Below are positions 13,627 to 16,215 of a stretch of DNA of 16,215 nt, one piece after another. Source of the DNA: a virus; the IMG/VR virus record IMGVR_UViG_3300017978_000218, positions 1-16,215 of that record, one strand, 5' to 3'. Numbering within the stretch: the stretch's first letter is position 1; each line of letters begins with the position of its first letter. Under the pieces are notes generated by a model, which made no database searches, had not been told where the DNA came from, and worked only from the letters and a program-made list of their open reading frames with translations. Both the position numbers and the translations under genes were made by a program.

Positions 13627-13749
13627 TTCTGTGTTTCCTCTCTGTTTTTATTTTTGAAACGTTTGAAATCTTATAGGTATTAATAACTAAAAATAAGAGT
13701 TATTTAACTTAATTTCTATTTATTTATATATATCTATAAAAGAGATGTA
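13627..13749. promoter_or_regulatory. AT-rich island with tandem TTTGAAA repeats (candidate origin / DNA unwinding element / promoter region)
   Basis: I count 15 G+C in 13641-13740 (15%), against roughly balanced composition elsewhere. TTTGAAA occurs at 13653-13659 and 13662-13668 (9-bp spacing). A TA-rich run tatttatttatatatatctataaaa lies near 13719-13744. Confidence 0.5.
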
Positions 13750-13950
13750 TCAGTAGTTTGAAAGTTCTTCGATTTCTTCGATAGCTTCTCGTATCCCGAG
13801 TGCGATCTGTGGGAAAGCTTTCGAGAGCTGCGCTTCCTTTTCCCAGAGCAACTGACTTGCCCTCTTGATGATGTCCTTCTCGGCATCTCGATACCCGTCG
13901 CGATAAGCGATGTCTGTAATGCTTACTTTTCCGCTATCTGGTGCTATCAT
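13750..13950 (-). CDS. Hypothetical 66-aa acidic helical protein
   Basis: ATG 13950..13948 to TGA 13752..13750. I recognise no motif. Unlike almost every other gene here, it has sizeable untranslated spacers on both sides. Confidence 0.45.
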   Translation of the reverse strand: MIAPDSGKVSITDIAYRDGYRDAEKDIIKRASQLLWEKEAQLSKAFPQIALGIREAIEEIEELSNY

Positions 13951-13987
13951 TTGTTTACCCTTCGATGAATGGTTAGAGCCTAGCTCG

Positions 13988-14024
13988 CCCCCAGTAGGTT
14001 TTCTGTGTCCTGCTGGGGGTTTTT
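13988..14024 (+). terminator. Intrinsic-terminator-like hairpin oriented on the plus strand
   Basis: cccccagtagg (13988-13998), a 10-nt loop, then cctgctggggg (14009-14019), followed by TTTTT (14020-14024). This gives an 11-bp stem. Its one non-Watson-Crick position is a G-U wobble in a plus-strand RNA but an A-C mismatch in a minus-strand RNA. The U-tract also exists only for plus-strand transcripts. Confidence 0.45.
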
Positions 14025-14027
14025 ACT

Positions 14028-14525
14028 TTACTTGAGAGAAGCTGCTAGATCAGCAATCTTCTTGAGTTCGTCTGCCGGGAGCTTAGCTGCTTGGGCTTCC
14101 TTGTAGATAGCCCTGAGAGCCTCTAGGTTGCCTCCTAACGCCTCAACAGTTGCTCGCTGGAGTAAGTCACTCACCTGCTCTAGTGAAGCCTTCTGAACGG
14201 CTTTCATCTCCTCGCGCGATGGGCGAATGGCTTTGCCGTCTTTCTTCGGCTGGAAGTTAAGAGTAGCCAGGACTCGACCCAGAGCAGAAGTGGAGCAGTT
14301 TTCGATGAAGCTCTGCTTGTTGATGTTGCTTGAGCCTCGGGTTTCCTGAGCGAAGTCAATTGCTGCTGGGCGTGGGTCTTCGCGATCAGTGTAAGCACTT
14401 GCCTTGATTACAATCTCGGTTTCATTGATTAGCACTATCTCGGTGTGTAGCCTGCCGTTCGGGTATTTATCCCAGAACTTGCTGATACGGTCAGCGACCG
14501 GTTCGTAATTGTCGAGAAACGACAT
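14028..14525 (-). CDS. Candidate single-strand annealing protein (Rad52/Sak3-like), partner of the exonuclease
   Basis: 165 aa. ATG 14525..14523 directly abuts the exonuclease stop (TAAATG), which is the synaptase position of Red/RecET-type modules. VADRISKFWDKYPNG...EIVIKA...FIENCSTSALGRVLATLNF loosely resembles Rad52-superfamily phage annealing proteins. This rests on my memory of the motifs and was not verified. Confidence 0.4.
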   Translation of the reverse strand: MSFLDNYEPVADRISKFWDKYPNGRLHTEIVLINETEIVIKASAYTDREDPRPAAIDFAQETRGSSNINKQSFIENCSTSALGRVLATLNFQPKKDGKAIRPSREEMKAVQKASLEQVSDLLQRATVEALGGNLEALRAIYKEAQAAKLPADELKKIADLAASLK

Positions 14526-15401
14526 TTAGCTTCCTTTCGTGAATGTGAGATACGGTTTGCCCGTGCCCCTCTGTGCCAGGCGAACGATTTCAATCCCCTG
14601 GTAAGTTCCAACTTTAGTCCCAGCTAGTTCTGCTAGTGCCTGCGACTTGTAGCGATTGAGGTTGCCCTCGGCTGCGTCAAAGATTTGTTTAGCAGCGAAT
14701 AGATCAGCAGCGCAGTCCAGCTCTTTTGCCCCGTCAATGATGTCCCCGGTAAGTTCGCGAACAGTTTCGTAAGTGCTGGCACTCCCGTCATAGTCAGGCG
14801 CTACTCCCATGTTCAGAAGCCCTAGAAACAGGTTTACAGCCTCTAACGACTTCTCTATAAGGGTTTCATCGTATTCGACTATAAACTCCTTGAAATCGCC
14901 TCCTGTGACCGCTACGAGGGTAGCAGGGTTTTTTAGCCCTAAAACATACTGATACCACATCACTTGGAGCTGGTAGTGAATTGGGACTTCTGTCCAGTAT
15001 TGCGAAGTGTGCTTTATCTCCAGAATTGAGAGATTGCCTAGCTGGTCTTCGATAACACCGTCAGGGTTCGCCTTGAATACCGGAGCGTCTACTTTTGCCC
15101 AGGTGCCTAGATCGCGGTGAACCTTGAGATTAGGGTTCAGGTCTTGAAAGAGCGCAGCAATGCCCTCCTCCAGATAGTTGCCCAACATCATTCGAGTGGT
15201 GGCTTCTTGCTCTGGGAGTTCCCCGGTCTTTTGATAGTAGAGCGTTAGTGCGGACTTCCAAGGGTTCAGCCCAACGATGGAGCTAACATCGCTCCCGGTA
15301 ATTGACTCCCTGCGCCACTTTAGCCAAAGCCCAGAGCCAGACTCAGCTTTCCCAAAGAGTCGTGCGGAGTTGTAACGTTCGATTTTCTGCGTAATAGACA
15401 T
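14526..15401 (-). CDS. YqaJ / lambda-Exo-like PD-(D/E)xK recombination exonuclease
   Basis: 291 aa containing ITGSDVSSIVGLNPWKSALTLYYQKTGE, then ANPDGVI and ILEIKHTS (D...ExK), then HYQLQVMWYQYVLG. This matches YqaJ-like viral recombinase domains. Confidence 0.8.
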   Translation of the reverse strand: MSITQKIERYNSARLFGKAESGSGLWLKWRRESITGSDVSSIVGLNPWKSALTLYYQKTGELPEQEATTRMMLGNYLEEGIAALFQDLNPNLKVHRDLGTWAKVDAPVFKANPDGVIEDQLGNLSILEIKHTSQYWTEVPIHYQLQVMWYQYVLGLKNPATLVAVTGGDFKEFIVEYDETLIEKSLEAVNLFLGLLNMGVAPDYDGSASTYETVRELTGDIIDGAKELDCAADLFAAKQIFDAAEGNLNRYKSQALAELAGTKVGTYQGIEIVRLAQRGTGKPYLTFTKGS

Positions 15402-15431
15402 GCTGCGAACCTAGCACAGCACTCAGACCTT

Positions 15432-15785
15432 TTACTTTACCTTGTCCTGTTCATCGTCAAACAGGTCGCTGTCGTTATCGTCAATGAGATCATCAAAGTC
15501 AAAATTGCCGTCTTGAGTCACCTTGAGCGCGTCTTCAACTGCTTCGCTGTCGCTCTTAGCTACGGCTGCCCGGTAAGCGTTCTGAATGTCAGTCAGCTCT
15601 AGGCTGCCCTTCCAGGCTACTGCGACACCGATAGTTGTCAGCACTACGGCAAAGGCAGACCCGACACCGATTAGCGACCCGAGCCACCAATTGCCGGCAA
15701 CAGCACCGATGGCAGTTCCACCGAAGAAGGTAGCCAGAACTAGACCGAGTGATCTAATGAGAATTTGCTTTAGATGTTCTTTCAT
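15432..15785 (-). CDS. Holin-like membrane protein with two TM helices and a strongly acidic C-terminal tail
   Basis: 117 aa. ATG 15785..15783 overlaps the endolysin TGA by 1 nt (TGATG). The TM helices are approximately LGLVLATFFGGTAIGAVAG and LGSLIGVGSAFAVVLTTIGVAVAW. The tail is DGNFDFDDLIDDNDSDLFDDEQDKVK. Confidence 0.5.
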   Translation of the reverse strand: MKEHLKQILIRSLGLVLATFFGGTAIGAVAGNWWLGSLIGVGSAFAVVLTTIGVAVAWKGSLELTDIQNAYRAAVAKSDSEAVEDALKVTQDGNFDFDDLIDDNDSDLFDDEQDKVK

Positions 15786-16213
15786 CAGTTCGCCTTTATG
15801 AATTCGATAGGGTCAATCTTTTCGCTAGTCGGACCGAATACGCCCTTTAGCTTGCTTGAAACAGTTAGGTGTAGGTGTGGACCCGAGCTGGCAGACCCGG
15901 TGTTTCCGACAAAGCCAATGGTGTCACCCTCTTTTACCCTGGTGCCTACTTCTAGTCCCTCAGCTCTGAGGTGGCAATAGCCCACATACCAAAGTTTGCC
16001 CTCTTTGTCCTGGACTCGCTGAACCGATACATTCCCCAGCACCTTAGAGAACTGTTGAAGAACGATAGTCCCGTTAGCGATGGCAGGGATTGGAGTTCCG
16101 GTAGGCATAGCCCAATCAACACCGCTATGAGGTTGTAGCCCGTTCTTCCTGCGATACTCGCTGAGAGTCCCGAAGCGCCCAGTTATCTTCTTCCAGTCAA
16201 AAGGGAATCTCAT
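15785..16213 (-). CDS. M23-family zinc metallopeptidase (endolysin)
   Basis: 142 aa with HSGVDW (HxxxD), GDTIGFVGNTG and GPHLHL (HxH). It is flanked by two small membrane proteins. The first 53 nt are duplicated at 1-53 by the terminal overlap. Confidence 0.85.
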   Translation of the reverse strand: MRFPFDWKKITGRFGTLSEYRRKNGLQPHSGVDWAMPTGTPIPAIANGTIVLQQFSKVLGNVSVQRVQDKEGKLWYVGYCHLRAEGLEVGTRVKEGDTIGFVGNTGSASSGPHLHLTVSSKLKGVFGPTSEKIDPIEFIKAN

Positions 16214-16215
16214 AA
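16161..16215. repeat. Right copy of the exact 55-nt terminal direct repeat
   Basis: Identical to 1-55. Unique genome length is 16215-55 = 16160 bp. Confidence 0.9.

Noticed and set aside
8086-14398. Nested minus-strand ORFs in alternative frames: 8086-8355, 9408-9611, 9627-9929, 10112-10315, 11421-11672, 13389-13589 and 14204-14398.
   Set aside because: They lie wholly inside larger genes with clear family motifs (portal, terL, phosphoesterase, ssb, 165-aa gene). Their sequences are Arg/Ser/Leu-rich out-of-frame products.
165-14707. The 7-mer TAGATCA (coding strand TGATCTA) occurs at least 11 times in one orientation: 165, 1466, 2234, 3179, 4098, 7445, 7859, 9626, 12907, 14043 and 14699. About one occurrence would be expected by chance. 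I considered a regulatory, packaging or methylation motif.
   Set aside because: Every copy is in frame as NNT-GAT-CTA, encoding x-Asp-Leu. It is explained by a strong preference for T-ending codons and for the CTA leucine codon after Asp. Other Asp-Leu pairs use GAC-CTA and similar codons. The resulting abundance of CTAG, GATC and TCTAGA sites is a compositional oddity worth a formal k-mer count, but it is not a discrete element.
2993-15980. All remaining plus-strand ORFs in the track: 2993-3226, 3442-3636, 4312-4512, 4485-4709, 4748-5131, 5025-5309, 5798-5992, 7190-7741, 8093-8359, 8516-8716, 9718-10161, 11491-11706, 12288-12488, 12362-12583, 12499-12717, 15586-15801 and 15774-15980.
   Set aside because: Each lies antisense within a well-supported minus-strand gene. 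Their compositions are skewed (Ser/Arg/Pro/Ala-rich), I noticed no recognisable motifs or convincing ribosome-binding sites for them, and they would break the otherwise continuous minus-strand coding.
1-16215. tRNA genes, CRISPR arrays, integrase/attP, repressor/Cro switch, and toxin-antitoxin or known defence/anti-defence genes.
   Set aside because: I found no cloverleaf-like segments, no spaced direct repeats, and no tyrosine or serine recombinase motifs. Coding density leaves no room for them beyond the spacers already described.

Overview
The window appears to be one complete small tailed-phage genome, not a chromosomal fragment. Bases 1-55 are identical to bases 16161-16215, so the unique length is 16,160 bp and the contig closes on itself. 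All convincing genes lie on the minus strand and are tightly packed, mostly with overlapping stop/start codons. Reading the minus strand from a likely cos region (10665-10831), the order is: small terminase, large terminase, portal, a fused prohead protease-scaffold-major capsid protein, neck proteins and a tail tube protein. Then come a tail assembly chaperone pair with a -1 frameshift that the ORF track misses, tape measure, three or four minor tail/fibre proteins including a 31% glycine protein, and a lysis cassette. The lysis cassette is membrane protein, M23 peptidase, holin-like protein, and it spans the circular junction. Next is a recombination module: YqaJ-type exonuclease, a candidate annealing protein, SSB, an untracked 46-aa Cys/His ORF and RusA. 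It is followed by a small HTH protein, an Mre11/SbcD-like metallophosphoesterase, a small membrane protein and an HNH endonuclease beside the cos region. I found no DNA polymerase, primase, helicase, initiator, integrase, repressor, tRNA or CRISPR array. The least explained locus is 13627-14027. It holds a 15% G+C island with tandem TTTGAAA repeats and a 66-aa orphan gene. It also holds a terminator-like hairpin that folds best, and carries its T-tract, on the otherwise non-coding plus strand, which suggests a cis-antisense RNA. Gene content resembles very small actinobacteriophage siphoviruses, but the host assignment is inference only. Functional calls rest on motif recognition in the translations, not on database searches.
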